64,000 nt of DNA from Candidatus Saccharimonadota bacterium (GTDB lineage: Bacteria > Patescibacteriota > Saccharimonadia > CAILAD01 > GCA-016700035): NCBI GenBank assembly GCA_046350755.1, contig JAXLZV010000001.1:480823-544822 (forward strand), read 5' to 3'. The notes beneath the pieces were generated by a model. The model made no database searches. It saw only the letters and a list, made by a program, of their open reading frames with translations, and was not told where the DNA came from. The position numbers were made by a program, and so were the translations under genes. Every line of letters starts with the position of its first letter. Within the stretch, counting starts at the first letter, position 1. Positions 47,369 to 56,986 of the stretch are shown piece after piece.

Positions 47369-47848
47369 TTATTCAGCAGACGCTTCAGCGCGGGGTCGCA
47401 CGACCACTTTACGATGTGGATCTTCGCCAACACTTTCAGTCTCAAGATCTGACTTATCAGCCAATACCATATGGACAATCCGCCGCTCAAAGGCATTCAT
47501 AGGATTTAAGCTATATTCCTTGCCATAGTCTTGAACCTTTTGGGCGGCGTCTTCGGCAATCCGCATCACTTTCTCAATCCGGTCCTTCTTGTAATTAGCC
47601 ACATCGATCGTGATATAGGGTGCGCTCGGATCTTTATGCTTGAGAAGGGCATTAAACAGCTGCTGAAGTGCATGCAGATTATCACCGCGTCGACCAATCA
47701 AGACCGCATGATCCTCGACGGCAATTGCCAAGATTTGCCGACTCTCTAACTGATCTTCATAGATGGTGTATTCGGAGAAACCCATCGCCTCTATAAGGCC
47801 CTCAAGAATTTCTTTTCCGAGTTTGAGCTGCTCTGCCGAAATCGTCAT
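47369..47848 (-). CDS. jag: Jag/KhpB-like RNA-binding protein (KH + R3H)
   Basis: LIGRRGDNLHALQ (KH-like) and ERRIVHMVLAD (R3H). Sits downstream of yidC as in the conserved oriC-region cluster. Confidence 0.75.
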   Translation of the reverse strand: MTISAEQLKLGKEILEGLIEAMGFSEYTIYEDQLESRQILAIAVEDHAVLIGRRGDNLHALQQLFNALLKHKDPSAPYITIDVANYKKDRIEKVMRIAEDAAQKVQDYGKEYSLNPMNAFERRIVHMVLADKSDLETESVGEDPHRKVVVRPRAEASAE

Positions 47849-47849
47849 T

Positions 47850-48671
47850 CTACCCCCGTTTCTTCTTTTTCTTGTCCGATCCGCTAGTGAGCTTTTTTGT
47901 TCCCGAGTCAGCAGTTCGAACTTTCGTCACCACTGTTGCTTCTTCCATCTTATCAACTTCTTCGCGCATGATAATAGTCTGCTGCAAGATACTCACACTG
48001 TTTGAGACTGCCCAGTACAGCGGCAAGGCAGCAATCAGTGTATAGCCGATCCAAGCTGTCAGCAGTGGGAACATCCAGACCATAATCTTATTAGCGCTAG
48101 CAGTCGGGTCATTCGGGTCAGTCACTTTAGGCGTAATCTGATAAACCTGGTAATACTGAGTAGCCCCAGCTAGAACTGCCAGAATAATATTCTTTTTGGC
48201 TGCCAAATCAACAACACCGAAGAGCGTGGCGCTAAAGAGTGAAGGGTCCTGAATAACCTGCTGGATATACGGCAGATTCTTAATCGGGGCGTAGAGCAAA
48301 GGCTCCCATACATTTACACCCTGAGTAACTCTCGAGAAGACAGCGAAAAGCCCAATCAAGAAAGGTAGCTGGATCAGCAATGGCAGACAAGAGGCTAATG
48401 GATTAATCTCTTTTTCTCGGTAAAGCTCCATTAATGCAGCGCTTTCTTTCTGCTTATCACCCTTTGTCTCGGCGCGGATACGAGCAATCTCGGGTTGCAA
48501 AGCCTGCATCTTCTTTTGAGAATGAAGCTGTTTGGCGAGCACCGGCCAGAGCGCGAAGCGAATCAGCATCGTGAGAATAATAATCGCCACACCAAAGTCG
48601 TGACCCGGGATAAGCCCGTAAATTAAAAACAGTACATTCGTTAGTGGTTGAACAAAAATCGCATTAAACAT
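47850..48671 (-). CDS. yidC: membrane protein insertase YidC (short Gram-positive/Oxa1 type)
   Basis: 273 aa with 5 TM, a YidC/Oxa1 conserved core and a Lys-rich C-terminal tail. Confidence 0.85.
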   Translation of the reverse strand: MFNAIFVQPLTNVLFLIYGLIPGHDFGVAIIILTMLIRFALWPVLAKQLHSQKKMQALQPEIARIRAETKGDKQKESAALMELYREKEINPLASCLPLLIQLPFLIGLFAVFSRVTQGVNVWEPLLYAPIKNLPYIQQVIQDPSLFSATLFGVVDLAAKKNIILAVLAGATQYYQVYQITPKVTDPNDPTASANKIMVWMFPLLTAWIGYTLIAALPLYWAVSNSVSILQQTIIMREEVDKMEEATVVTKVRTADSGTKKLTSGSDKKKKKRG

Positions 48672-48934
48672 TACTTCGCTCTCGCCTCTTTCTTTAGATT
48701 ATGTGGCACCGGATCAAAACCACCAGCCGCCCACGGATGACAGCGGCCAATCCGTCGCGCTGCCAGGGCTGAGCCTTTCAGCGCGCCATGTTTTTCGATG
48801 GCCTCATGAGCGTATTCGCTACAAGTCGGATGATATCGGCAACAGCCGTACGGGTAAAAGACCCTGAATAAACCATGGTCCGGCGATAGCGTCTTCTGGT
48901 AGGCCCGGATAGCGCCCTGTAAAACTCGCTTCAT
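48671..48934 (-). CDS. yidD: membrane protein insertion efficiency factor YidD
   Basis: [11 protein letters not shown] is the YidD signature. Confidence 0.8.
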   Translation of the reverse strand: MKRVLQGAIRAYQKTLSPDHGLFRVFYPYGCCRYHPTCSEYAHEAIEKHGALKGSALAARRIGRCHPWAAGGFDPVPHNLKKEARAK

Positions 48935-49275
48935 AATCCCTTAACTCCTAACTTCGTGATCAGCTGAGATATTTCTTGCTTGAGATTTACGGCCGACTGC
49001 TCACGAATATCAGTCTTGATAGTTATTAGTATATCAAAGCCGGTAGCTAGTTTGGGGAGCTCGAGGCGTAAGCTTTCACTGACGCGACGACGGCAACGGT
49101 TGCGAACCACCGCCCGCTTATCAACTTTCTTCGAAATCACCACCACCGCGCGACTGACTGGCAAATGGGTAGCGAGTGAATAGCCGAGCAAATGCTGAGT
49201 ATGCGCTCGCCGACCCTTCTTATATAAACGAAGAATATCTGAGTTTTTGCGCAGACGATGCTGACGCGCCAGCAT
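48931..49275 (-). CDS. rnpA: ribonuclease P protein component
   Basis: Basic 114-aa protein in the conserved position after rpmH. Confidence 0.8.
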   Translation of the reverse strand: MLARQHRLRKNSDILRLYKKGRRAHTQHLLGYSLATHLPVSRAVVVISKKVDKRAVVRNRCRRRVSESLRLELPKLATGFDILITIKTDIREQSAVNLKQEISQLITKLGVKGL

Positions 49276-49284
49276 GAGTACTAC

Positions 49285-49419
49285 CTAAATAGCAACGCGC
49301 GCGCGGCCTTTGAGGCGGCGGCGCTTTAAGACAGCACGGCCCACACGGGTCTTCATGCGAGACATGAAGCCGTGCACGCGCTGCCGGCGGCGTTTCTTGG
49401 GCTGATGAGTCCTTTTCAT
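49285..49419 (-). CDS. rpmH: 50S ribosomal protein L34
   Basis: [44 protein letters not shown]. Start refined from the track's longer ORF. Confidence 0.9.
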   Translation of the reverse strand: MKRTHQPKKRRRQRVHGFMSRMKTRVGRAVLKRRRLKGRARVAI

Positions 49420-49469
49420 ATCCGTCGTATTATACGGGTTTATCGAGAGTTTTTCAAGATATTTTCTCC

Positions 49470-49540
49470 ACATATCCACAAGTGGCCCCAAAACTGTGGG
49501 TGACATGTGGAAAACCCCTTGGCAAAGCCTGTGGAAAACC
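49470..49540. promoter_or_regulatory. DnaA-box cluster in the rpmH-dnaA divergent intergenic region
   Basis: aTATCCACA at 49472-49480, TGTGGGTGA at about 49495, TGTGGAAAA at about 49507 and TGTGGAAAA at about 49530. Each is 7-8 of 9 matches to TTATCCACA or its complement. Confidence 0.6.
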
Positions 49541-49577
49541 GTAAACTACAGATAAGACGAATGTGAGGAGGGTGAGT

Positions 49578-50981
49578 ATGGGGCAAGCGCTCCCAGACTA
49601 TAATTCAATTTGGCAATCTGTCCTTGGTGAACTCGAGGTCACGATTAGTGGTAATAGTTTTAAGACATTTCTCGAGCCAACCCGGCTTGAAACCCTTGAA
49701 GGTGATCAGGCGACGATAGCTGTACCTAATCCATTTTCAAGTGCTCAGATCAAAGCGCGCTTCGAGGCTGATCTGATTCAAGCCCTTCAGCAACATGCCC
49801 CTCAGATAAAAAGTCTCGAGTATGTCGTGCGAGCCGACCAAACCACGGAACTACCAAAAGAAATGTCAGCTTCGCGCAGTAGTCGGACTTCAAAATCTAA
49901 ACCCAGCCAGTCGACTCCACAACCAAACCTTTTTAATCAACAGCAACATCTTGTCGATCGCTATCACTTCGAGAACTTTGTAGTCGGCAGCTCAAACCGG
50001 CTCGCCTACTCGGCTGCTCGCTTGGTCGCTGAAAAACCCGGTACAGACTACAATCCACTCTTCCTATACGGACCAGCCGGAGTCGGTAAGACTCATCTGA
50101 TGTGGGGGGTCTATGGTGAACTCAAGCGCCGCAATCCTAATCTTGAGCTGATGTATATTACTATTGAAGAGTTTTATAAGTCATTTGTTGATTCAGTCCG
50201 TAAGTCCGAAGCCTTTACGACAAAATATCGTGAGGTCGACGTATTATTCGTAGATGATATTCAATTCATTAAGAAAAAAGAAACCACCCAAGAGGAGTTC
50301 TTCCACACCTTTAACTCACTCCACCAGGCTAACAAACAAATAGTCATCTGCTCTGACCGACCACCGAAAGAAATCCCCGAACTCGAAGAACGTCTGCGAA
50401 GTCGGTTTGAATGGGGTATGGTGGTCGACATTCAGCCACCTGATCTAGAAACCCGCGTCGCTATCATTCAGTCCAAAGCCGAGGCAAAGAACTTTGCCAT
50501 CCCGATGGAAGTAGCTGAAGCAATCGCTGAGAGGATCTCAACCAATATTCGCGAGCTAGAGGGTGGCTTTAATAAGGTGGTCATGCAGTGTGAATTACAC
50601 GGTGATACCCCAACCATCGAACTCGTCGATCAGATTCTTGGCGGTACCTCGACACCAACAACTGGTCGCCGCAAACCAAGTCCTAAGCAAGTCATCGATG
50701 AAGTCGCCGGCTATTACGGGCTCTCAACTACCGATCTCTCGGGTAAACGCAGGAGTAAGGATATCGTTATGCCGCGCCAAATCGCGATGTATCTCTTACG
50801 GTCGGAGCTAGAGCTGTCATTTCCGCAGATCGGCGGACACCTCGGTGGGCGCGACCATACCACTATCATGTATGGCTGCGAGAAAATCACTCTTCTTATA
50901 AAAGCAAAGGATCCAGTCACTCATGACATATCTGAAGTTCGTCAACGACTTCATCACGAGTTTGCGGGAGCTAATTCATGA
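49578..50981 (+). CDS. dnaA: chromosomal replication initiator DnaA
   Basis: ATG at 49578 preceded by GAGGAGGGTGA. The track GTG at 49563 sits inside the RBS. AAA+ Walker A GPAGVGKTH and a domain IV helix-turn-helix. Confidence 0.9.
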   Translation: MGQALPDYNSIWQSVLGELEVTISGNSFKTFLEPTRLETLEGDQATIAVPNPFSSAQIKARFEADLIQALQQHAPQIKSLEYVVRADQTTELPKEMSASRSSRTSKSKPSQSTPQPNLFNQQQHLVDRYHFENFVVGSSNRLAYSAARLVAEKPGTDYNPLFLYGPAGVGKTHLMWGVYGELKRRNPNLELMYITIEEFYKSFVDSVRKSEAFTTKYREVDVLFVDDIQFIKKKETTQEEFFHTFNSLHQANKQIVICSDRPPKEIPELEERLRSRFEWGMVVDIQPPDLETRVAIIQSKAEAKNFAIPMEVAEAIAERISTNIRELEGGFNKVVMQCELHGDTPTIELVDQILGGTSTPTTGRRKPSPKQVIDEVAGYYGLSTTDLSGKRRSKDIVMPRQIAMYLLRSELELSFPQIGGHLGGRDHTTIMYGCEKITLLIKAKDPVTHDISEVRQRLHHEFAGANS

Positions 50982-51019
50982 ACTCAGCCGGCAGAATAAA
51001 AGCGTATTTCGGGCAAACA

Positions 51020-51335
51020 TTCGGTTTTTGTCCACAGCTTACTTGTGGACAACCTATGGATAACTCCGTGGATAGTGTGTGGAAGAAATGTAGAGAAGCT
51101 GTCGACAACTCCCTTTCCCCTCCCCAGCTTATCCCCCGCGCGAACCGGCTCTTCCCCAGTTCGCGACTTGTCCCCAGTCTTATCCGCAACTGCACACACA
51201 GCTTATCCAGAGTCACACAACGAGCCAATAACAGGTTTAAAATCCGCCCATTATCAACTTATCCCCGCTTTCCACAGCACCCATTACTACCACTACCATA
51301 TAGTTATATAAGTATAAGAAAGAATCGAAGAGGAT
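51020..51335. other. probable oriC: dense DnaA-box array plus an AT-rich unwinding element between dnaA and dnaN
   Basis: At least 8 boxes with 7-8 of 9 matches, including TTGTCCACA, TGTGGACAA, TATGGATAA, TTATCCGCA, TTATCCAGA, TTATCAACT and TTATCCCCG. An AT-rich stretch ccatatagttatataagtataagaaagaa lies at about 51295-51330. Confidence 0.6.
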
Positions 51336-51341
51336 AGAATT

Positions 51342-52439
51342 ATGAAAGTTTCAGTCATGCAAGACAACTTTGCCAAAGCCGTTGCTACAGTTAGCCGAGT
51401 AGTTGGATCACGTACTAGTTTACCGATTCTTGCAAATGTACTTATTCAAGCCGAAGGTTCCAAGTTATCAATCTCAGCAACAAATCTTGAGATTGCTTTG
51501 ACGGCCGTTATAAATTGTAAAGTTGAGCAGCCTGGGGCAGTTTCGGTACCGGCTCGCCTACTTCTTGAAATAACCCAAGGCTTACAGAGCGAGAAGATCC
51601 AGCTTACCAGTGAGGATACTCAGCTTGAGCTCGCGGCTGCCGGTGCCCAGGCCACTCTTCAGGGGATGCCAGCCGATGAATTTCCGGTGATTCCTGAGGT
51701 GAGCTCTGGTCAGAAGATTATGCTCTCCACTCAGGTTCTTAATGATACCCTTACGAAAGTTGCCATTGCGGCTTCACTCGATGAGTCGCGACCAGTCTTA
51801 GCGGGGGTTTTCATTCGCGCCCAGGGAGATAAGCTGACCTTTGCGGCCACCGATAGCTATCGCTTAGCTGAGGCTACCGTGCAGGACGCAAAGCTCAAGG
51901 ATTTCTCACTCATCCTACCTCTCCGCACTGTCCAAGAAGTCTTGCGCCTGATTGGTCAAGCTCATGAAGCCGAAGTAGGCTTTGAGTTTGGAACTAGCGA
52001 AGCCCGCATCACAGTTGGCGAGACTACTCTCGTTACCCGTCTGATCGAGGGAAGTTTTCCCAATTATGCACAGATTATCCCCGATAAATCGGCTAGTACT
52101 ATTCGCTGCGCGCGCAGTGAGCTGACTCAGGCCGTGCGTCTAGCGAGTGTGTTTGCTCGCGAGAGCGCTCACACCATTACACTTGATGCCGGTAAAGACA
52201 GGATTAAGCTACATGCAGAAGCGGCTCAAGTCGGCGAAAATACTTCCGAGGTTACTGCTAAGCTAACTGGTGGAGGCGGCATTATCTCACTCAACTCTCG
52301 GTTTCTTCTGGACGTACTCGGAGTCATTACGAGTGATGAGGTGGAGCTCAAGCTGAATGACAAGCTTGATCCTTGCCTCGTGGTACCGGTTGGTGATGAC
52401 GGTCACTATCTCCATCTGATTATGCCGTTACGGAGCTGA
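51342..52439 (+). CDS. dnaN: DNA polymerase III beta sliding clamp
   Basis: 365 aa in the canonical position and three-domain length. N-terminus MKVSVMQDNFAKAV. Confidence 0.9.
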   Translation: MKVSVMQDNFAKAVATVSRVVGSRTSLPILANVLIQAEGSKLSISATNLEIALTAVINCKVEQPGAVSVPARLLLEITQGLQSEKIQLTSEDTQLELAAAGAQATLQGMPADEFPVIPEVSSGQKIMLSTQVLNDTLTKVAIAASLDESRPVLAGVFIRAQGDKLTFAATDSYRLAEATVQDAKLKDFSLILPLRTVQEVLRLIGQAHEAEVGFEFGTSEARITVGETTLVTRLIEGSFPNYAQIIPDKSASTIRCARSELTQAVRLASVFARESAHTITLDAGKDRIKLHAEAAQVGENTSEVTAKLTGGGGIISLNSRFLLDVLGVITSDEVELKLNDKLDPCLVVPVGDDGHYLHLIMPLRS

Positions 52440-52448
52440 ACTTGACGC

Positions 52449-53498
52449 ATGCTCAAGCAGCTACATCTGTCGCATTTTCGCTCCTATAGTAGTTTGGAGC
52501 TAGAGCTGTCCGAGCAGGTACTGTTGATTCTCGGCCCGAATGCAACCGGCAAGACGAATATCCTCGAAGCAATGTATGTGGCGGCAACTGGTCGATCGTT
52601 TCGTGGCAATGATGAAGAGCTCGTGCAGCACAGTGCGCCTGGCTTCCGCGTAGATGCCACTCATGACGACGAAGTGATTACGATTACCTACCAGGCCACT
52701 CTTAAGAAAAAAACACTCCAGCGCGACGCTGTGCGCCTGAGCCGTGCTACCCTACTAGGACGTCATCCGGTCGTGCTGTTTGAACCAAATGATTTATTAT
52801 TACTTTCCGGCCCACCAGAGCGTCGCCGTCGCTACCTCGACCTGATTCTTGCTCAGACAGATAGCCAGTATCGTCGAGAACTCCAACTCTATAAGCGCCT
52901 ACTGAGACAACGTAATGCCCTCCTCTGGCGGAATCGACGCGACACGATTAGCCGGCTTGATGATCAGCTTTTCATCCTTGAGACCCAGATGGCTGGGCCG
53001 GCTGAGAATATTTCTCAAGCGCGGGTTGAGTTCATTCGCCAGCTCACGCAGCTACTGAATGAACTAGTTGGTCGCATCTCAGAGAGGTCCCATAGCCTGG
53101 CGGTGCATTTTAGTGAAAAGAGTTCAGATATCTTAACTCGTTATCAAGAGCGACGAGAGCGAGACATAGTGCTTGGTACGACATCAGTTGGGCCACATCG
53201 CGAAGATTGGACTATCGAGTTTGATGGTCATCCCCTAACCGCGACTGCTTCACGCGGCGAGGTGCGGACGACACTTCTGGCTCTGAAATTAGCTGAGCTT
53301 GATTATGTGCGGGCTCATACACAGGGAGGCGCCCCGACTCTCCTGCTAGACGATGTCTTTAGTGAGCTCGATGAAGCTCGTCGGCGCGCTTTGATCCGTG
53401 AGCTCGATGCGGTGCAGACGATCATCACCAGTACTGATATCGATCGTCGCCTCAAGCTACCCGCTCAGACGCTCGATCTCACGAGGCCGAGTTCATGA
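52449..53498 (+). CDS. recF: DNA replication and repair protein RecF
   Basis: Walker A GPNATGKTN and the SMC-like signature. 349 aa. Confidence 0.9.
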   Translation: MLKQLHLSHFRSYSSLELELSEQVLLILGPNATGKTNILEAMYVAATGRSFRGNDEELVQHSAPGFRVDATHDDEVITITYQATLKKKTLQRDAVRLSRATLLGRHPVVLFEPNDLLLLSGPPERRRRYLDLILAQTDSQYRRELQLYKRLLRQRNALLWRNRRDTISRLDDQLFILETQMAGPAENISQARVEFIRQLTQLLNELVGRISERSHSLAVHFSEKSSDILTRYQERRERDIVLGTTSVGPHREDWTIEFDGHPLTATASRGEVRTTLLALKLAELDYVRAHTQGGAPTLLLDDVFSELDEARRRALIRELDAVQTIITSTDIDRRLKLPAQTLDLTRPSS

Positions 53499-53767
53499 GT
53501 TTTGAAAGGCTTGGCGACGCCCTGAATCGTAAGGATATTGATCAGCATGAGGATCTGCTGGCTTTCTTTGATCTGGCGAAATCAGTGATTGCTCGTCGCA
53601 GTGGCGTGAAAGTCGATGCGGTGAGTTTTAAAAATGATATTTTGCGTATCGCGGTATCGCACCCGGTTGAAGCTAGCGAGATTCGCTTACGTCACATACA
53701 GATAGAGCGTGAAATTTCCAAAAAATCCGGACGTAAGCTCGAGCGGTTACAGGTCCGCGTTTTATAA
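53495..53767 (+). CDS. DUF721 (DciA-like) protein
   Basis: 90 aa reading MSFERLGDALNRKD... ATGA overlap with the recF stop, in the usual post-recF position. Confidence 0.65.
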   Translation: MSFERLGDALNRKDIDQHEDLLAFFDLAKSVIARRSGVKVDAVSFKNDILRIAVSHPVEASEIRLRHIQIEREISKKSGRKLERLQVRVL

Positions 53768-55090
53768 CTTAAGCTGATATATTTTACCAACCAAACCTTC
53801 TCCGAGCGTATAGGTACTGACAGTTAATGAGTTATTAATCTTGTCGAAGTACGCATCATATACGCCAACGTTACTGTAGTTAAAAGTGGCTTGCTTGATG
53901 GCTATCTGAGTCTGAGAGTCGTAAATCCAGATCGCACCTTTTTCGACGTAGCTCAGCTTGGTATTGCTGACCCAGCGGATAGAGTTATTCTCAGCTCCGG
54001 TTTGGGCGAGCACGGTAGTAATGTTGCCAGTATTGATATCGAGGATATGTACGGTTTGGTCGGTAATAAAGGCGAGCTTATTGCCGTCGAGAGACCAGCT
54101 AGAGCCCTCCTCTGTCGTCGCGTCTTTATCGGTGATTTGCTGGACGGTTTTTCGGTTTTTCACATCGTAGATACTCATCTTCAGTGGCTCGCGTGGAGTT
54201 TCCTTTTGGTTAGGTTGATTATCGACAACCCCTTCTTCGCCGATAGTTATTTCCGGCTGTGAAAAGAGTACGATCAGGCCGTTTTTAGACAGAGTAAAAC
54301 TCGAGTTAATGCTTTGGCCGTCAATCTGGATTTCTTCTGCATATTCGTCTGTCGAGCCCTGATAGTAGAGCTTATCGAGGTGACGCATGACTCGATCGCC
54401 ATTTTCATTGACGGCAATGTCATCGATCGAGAGCGTATCCGCTTCACCGCCGGGACCTTCTTCTGCAGCTTCTTTCGGATCGTTGGCGGGGGCCTCTTTT
54501 AGGCGGATTCCAAAGCTTGTGACGACTCCCCCGGGACTGAGCTTGTAGCTATTGTTAGTAGTGTCGCGGAAATAACCGAGGCCGTACTGCACCCAGTCAA
54601 GCTGAGTAATCGTATAGTCTTCGATGTAGGGTGCCCCCTCAGTTTGCGCATCGGGAATCGTGTAGATCGATTGGAAAGGAATATTGAGAAACTCTACCTT
54701 TGCGCCCTCGGTGACGATATCTTTCGCCTGGTAGTTGGCATACTCGCTGAGGTTCTGCGGATTAGTGAGATCAAGGGTGGTTTTTTGGGTTTGTCGAGCT
54801 TCAAGCTTTGTTGTGTAGCAGCTTTCTGCAGAGTCTGCCGAAGCAGTAATGGTATAGTCTCCAGGAGGCAGGCGCTTATCGACCTTCCCTTTGCCGATAA
54901 CTTCAGCCGATTGATTTTTTCGATTGACGATTGTCAGCTTAGCATTTGGTTGGTTAGTCTGAATGATGACGCGGCCAGTCGTGAAGTATTCGTAGATGAA
55001 TTGCGCGAGCAGGATGAGTAGGATTACCCCAGCTAGTCCAAGGATGATTCGGATGATGAGTGTGCGGTTGAGGGTTATAGTGGGCTGCAT
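53762..55090 (-). CDS. membrane-anchored secreted protein with a PEGA-like Ig domain and a PD40/TolB-like beta-propeller
   Basis: N-terminal TM, then LPPGDYTITAS (PEGA-like), then a beta-propeller-like C-terminus (SWSLDGNKLAF...). It is the last gene of the T4SS-like operon, 3 nt from the upstream gene. Confidence 0.45.
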   Translation of the reverse strand: MQPTITLNRTLIIRIILGLAGVILLILLAQFIYEYFTTGRVIIQTNQPNAKLTIVNRKNQSAEVIGKGKVDKRLPPGDYTITASADSAESCYTTKLEARQTQKTTLDLTNPQNLSEYANYQAKDIVTEGAKVEFLNIPFQSIYTIPDAQTEGAPYIEDYTITQLDWVQYGLGYFRDTTNNSYKLSPGGVVTSFGIRLKEAPANDPKEAAEEGPGGEADTLSIDDIAVNENGDRVMRHLDKLYYQGSTDEYAEEIQIDGQSINSSFTLSKNGLIVLFSQPEITIGEEGVVDNQPNQKETPREPLKMSIYDVKNRKTVQQITDKDATTEEGSSWSLDGNKLAFITDQTVHILDINTGNITTVLAQTGAENNSIRWVSNTKLSYVEKGAIWIYDSQTQIAIKQATFNYSNVGVYDAYFDKINNSLTVSTYTLGEGLVGKIYQLKL

Positions 55091-55093
55091 AGT

Positions 55094-56986
55094 TTACTCC
55101 GGTAATTTCGCAAATGCTTGAATGAGTATCGGCTGTGGATTTATGAGGGTGGCGCATTGCGCAGCACAGTTATCGCGCCCTCGACTAAAGCCATTTGGTA
55201 CCGGGCTAATATCGAAGTGTAAGTGTGGGCCGGTATTTTGTGCATCGGCGGCGGTGCCAACTACTCCAATAGCTTGCCCGGCCTGAACGACATTCCCTTT
55301 GTTCGCCTTATTCGAACCCTGTGGCATATGGGTGTAGAAGTACCATTTACCATCATTGCCGCGAATTCTCATATTTTGCCCATTTTTACTTGAGTAATTA
55401 CTCCCTTCGACGACTCCTCCGACCGCTGCCACGACCTCAGTACCAGTTGGAGCACCGATGTCGGCGGCATTATAGTCGTGGTGACAATTCGCCTGACTGG
55501 TATAACACCACTTAACTGGTGAGGCGTTCTTGATAGCTGTTTTAGTTGTTTTAAGCGGGAAGATAAAACCATCAGCGCTCACGCCGAGCCCACCAGCTTG
55601 GCCAGTTGTGGTCGCGATGGTTCCAGCTGCTATACAGTCTTGTCCGACTGCTGTAGCAGGTGCGGCAGCACCAATTCCACCCTGCAAGCTCAGATAAAAC
55701 GGTATCGCGCGGGTGATATAATTTTGCGTTTCTTTAGGAAGATTGGCGAGAGTATTCGCACCGGCAATCCGTCCGCCACCAGCATTGTAGGCTATGAGTA
55801 CGGTTACGACTGATGGATTAATGCTGTTTGGTCGTTCAATACTACCGACGGGAATACCGGCCTTACCACCACTATTGGCGATGTAGTTGGCAGCCCCGAA
55901 GGCGGCATCGGTAAGGTCTTGGATATCTTTTACTCCATCGCCATTGCCGTCTTGACCACTCGAGGCCCAAGTGGAGTTGAGGAATTGAAATGGCCCATTT
56001 GCCCCTTTATTCGAGCTGGCCCAGGCCTTGCCAGTGCCATATGGTGGTGGAGGATTTGGAAAGCCGCCCCCGTGCTCGATCCAGAAAATGGCTGTCAGGA
56101 TGCCAACATCGGTGCCAAATTTCGCCGCCGCTTTAGGGAAAATTGAGCGATACGGCTCGGGAATACTGGCGGGTAAGCTGGTGAGTGTACCGGTTGCCGC
56201 TGGGTCGGCCGGTTGAGCGGCGACATCGGTATTCGGTGGGGTCGAGCCACTGAATGTACTGTAGAGTACGACGCTATTAACGACCAGCTCAGCGAGGGCT
56301 TTATAGCCTGCAGCATCTGTGTGTACTCCATAGCTCGTTATCGGAAAAGCTGTCGTGGTCGGTGTCAGATTCTGTGGATCGGCCGTTGGGGCAATGAGTT
56401 TTGACCAGCTAATGACTTTATAGCCGAGGGATTGATTACTATAGATAGTCTTATTGACTTGTGAGTAAGCAGCTTGGTTATCTGAAGAGTAAACATCGAC
56501 CCAGAGCAGCTGGGCATCGGGGTTGATGCCACGGATTTTCTGAATCAATTGCGATTGTAGGGATGAAAAATTATTCTCGAGATTAGTGCCTAACTCGATC
56601 ACGATATACTTTGCTGATTTTACAAACTCCGTATCAGCGGTCACAGCATCAAGTCCACTCGGGGCGGCACTCTGCCCTCCCCTTTGAATACCTCGTGACG
56701 TAGCGACATTTAGTCGTGGAGTAAAGCCTTTCGAGCTGAACATACTTTCTATCCCGGCCGACTGCATACCAACGCCAATTGAATCACCCAGCAGGTATAC
56801 CGGCCCAGGGCCACCGGCTCCACGTCCTACCTGTTCATCGACGCCGCCAAAGCCACACAGCTCAGCATATTTATCGTAAAAAGGATAGCGTTCAATTCCC
56901 TGTCTTTGCTCGGAAGCCGCTAGGGCTGCAGTCGGTGAAAAGAATAGCGCCGCCAGAGTTATGAGCGTGAAGAGTTTTTTCATCAT
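55094..56986 (-). CDS. secreted triple-domain peptidoglycan hydrolase: SGNH/GDSL esterase, lytic transglycosylase (SLT) and M23 peptidase
   Basis: Signal peptide. VYLLGDSIGVG (GDSL) with a later DxxH-like motif. IEHGG...GANGPFQFLNSTW (SLT catalytic Glu plus the GxxQ motif). HHDYNAADIG...GPHLHFDIS (M23 HxxxD and HxH). Confidence 0.65.
   Translation of the reverse strand: MMKKLFTLITLAALFFSPTAALAASEQRQGIERYPFYDKYAELCGFGGVDEQVGRGAGGPGPVYLLGDSIGVGMQSAGIESMFSSKGFTPRLNVATSRGIQRGGQSAAPSGLDAVTADTEFVKSAKYIVIELGTNLENNFSSLQSQLIQKIRGINPDAQLLWVDVYSSDNQAAYSQVNKTIYSNQSLGYKVISWSKLIAPTADPQNLTPTTTAFPITSYGVHTDAAGYKALAELVVNSVVLYSTFSGSTPPNTDVAAQPADPAATGTLTSLPASIPEPYRSIFPKAAAKFGTDVGILTAIFWIEHGGGFPNPPPPYGTGKAWASSNKGANGPFQFLNSTWASSGQDGNGDGVKDIQDLTDAAFGAANYIANSGGKAGIPVGSIERPNSINPSVVTVLIAYNAGGGRIAGANTLANLPKETQNYITRAIPFYLSLQGGIGAAAPATAVGQDCIAAGTIATTTGQAGGLGVSADGFIFPLKTTKTAIKNASPVKWCYTSQANCHHDYNAADIGAPTGTEVVAAVGGVVEGSNYSSKNGQNMRIRGNDGKWYFYTHMPQGSNKANKGNVVQAGQAIGVVGTAADAQNTGPHLHFDISPVPNGFSRGRDNCAAQCATLINPQPILIQAFAKLPE

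Noticed and set aside
49285-49506. 73-aa version of the rpmH ORF
   Set aside because: L34 is 44 aa with an invariant MKRTHQP N-terminus, so the upstream extension is non-coding promoter and DnaA-box sequence.
50563-50920. ORFs 50563-50811 (+) and 50714-50920 (-)
   Set aside because: They lie inside the dnaA coding sequence in alternative frames or antisense. They are spurious.
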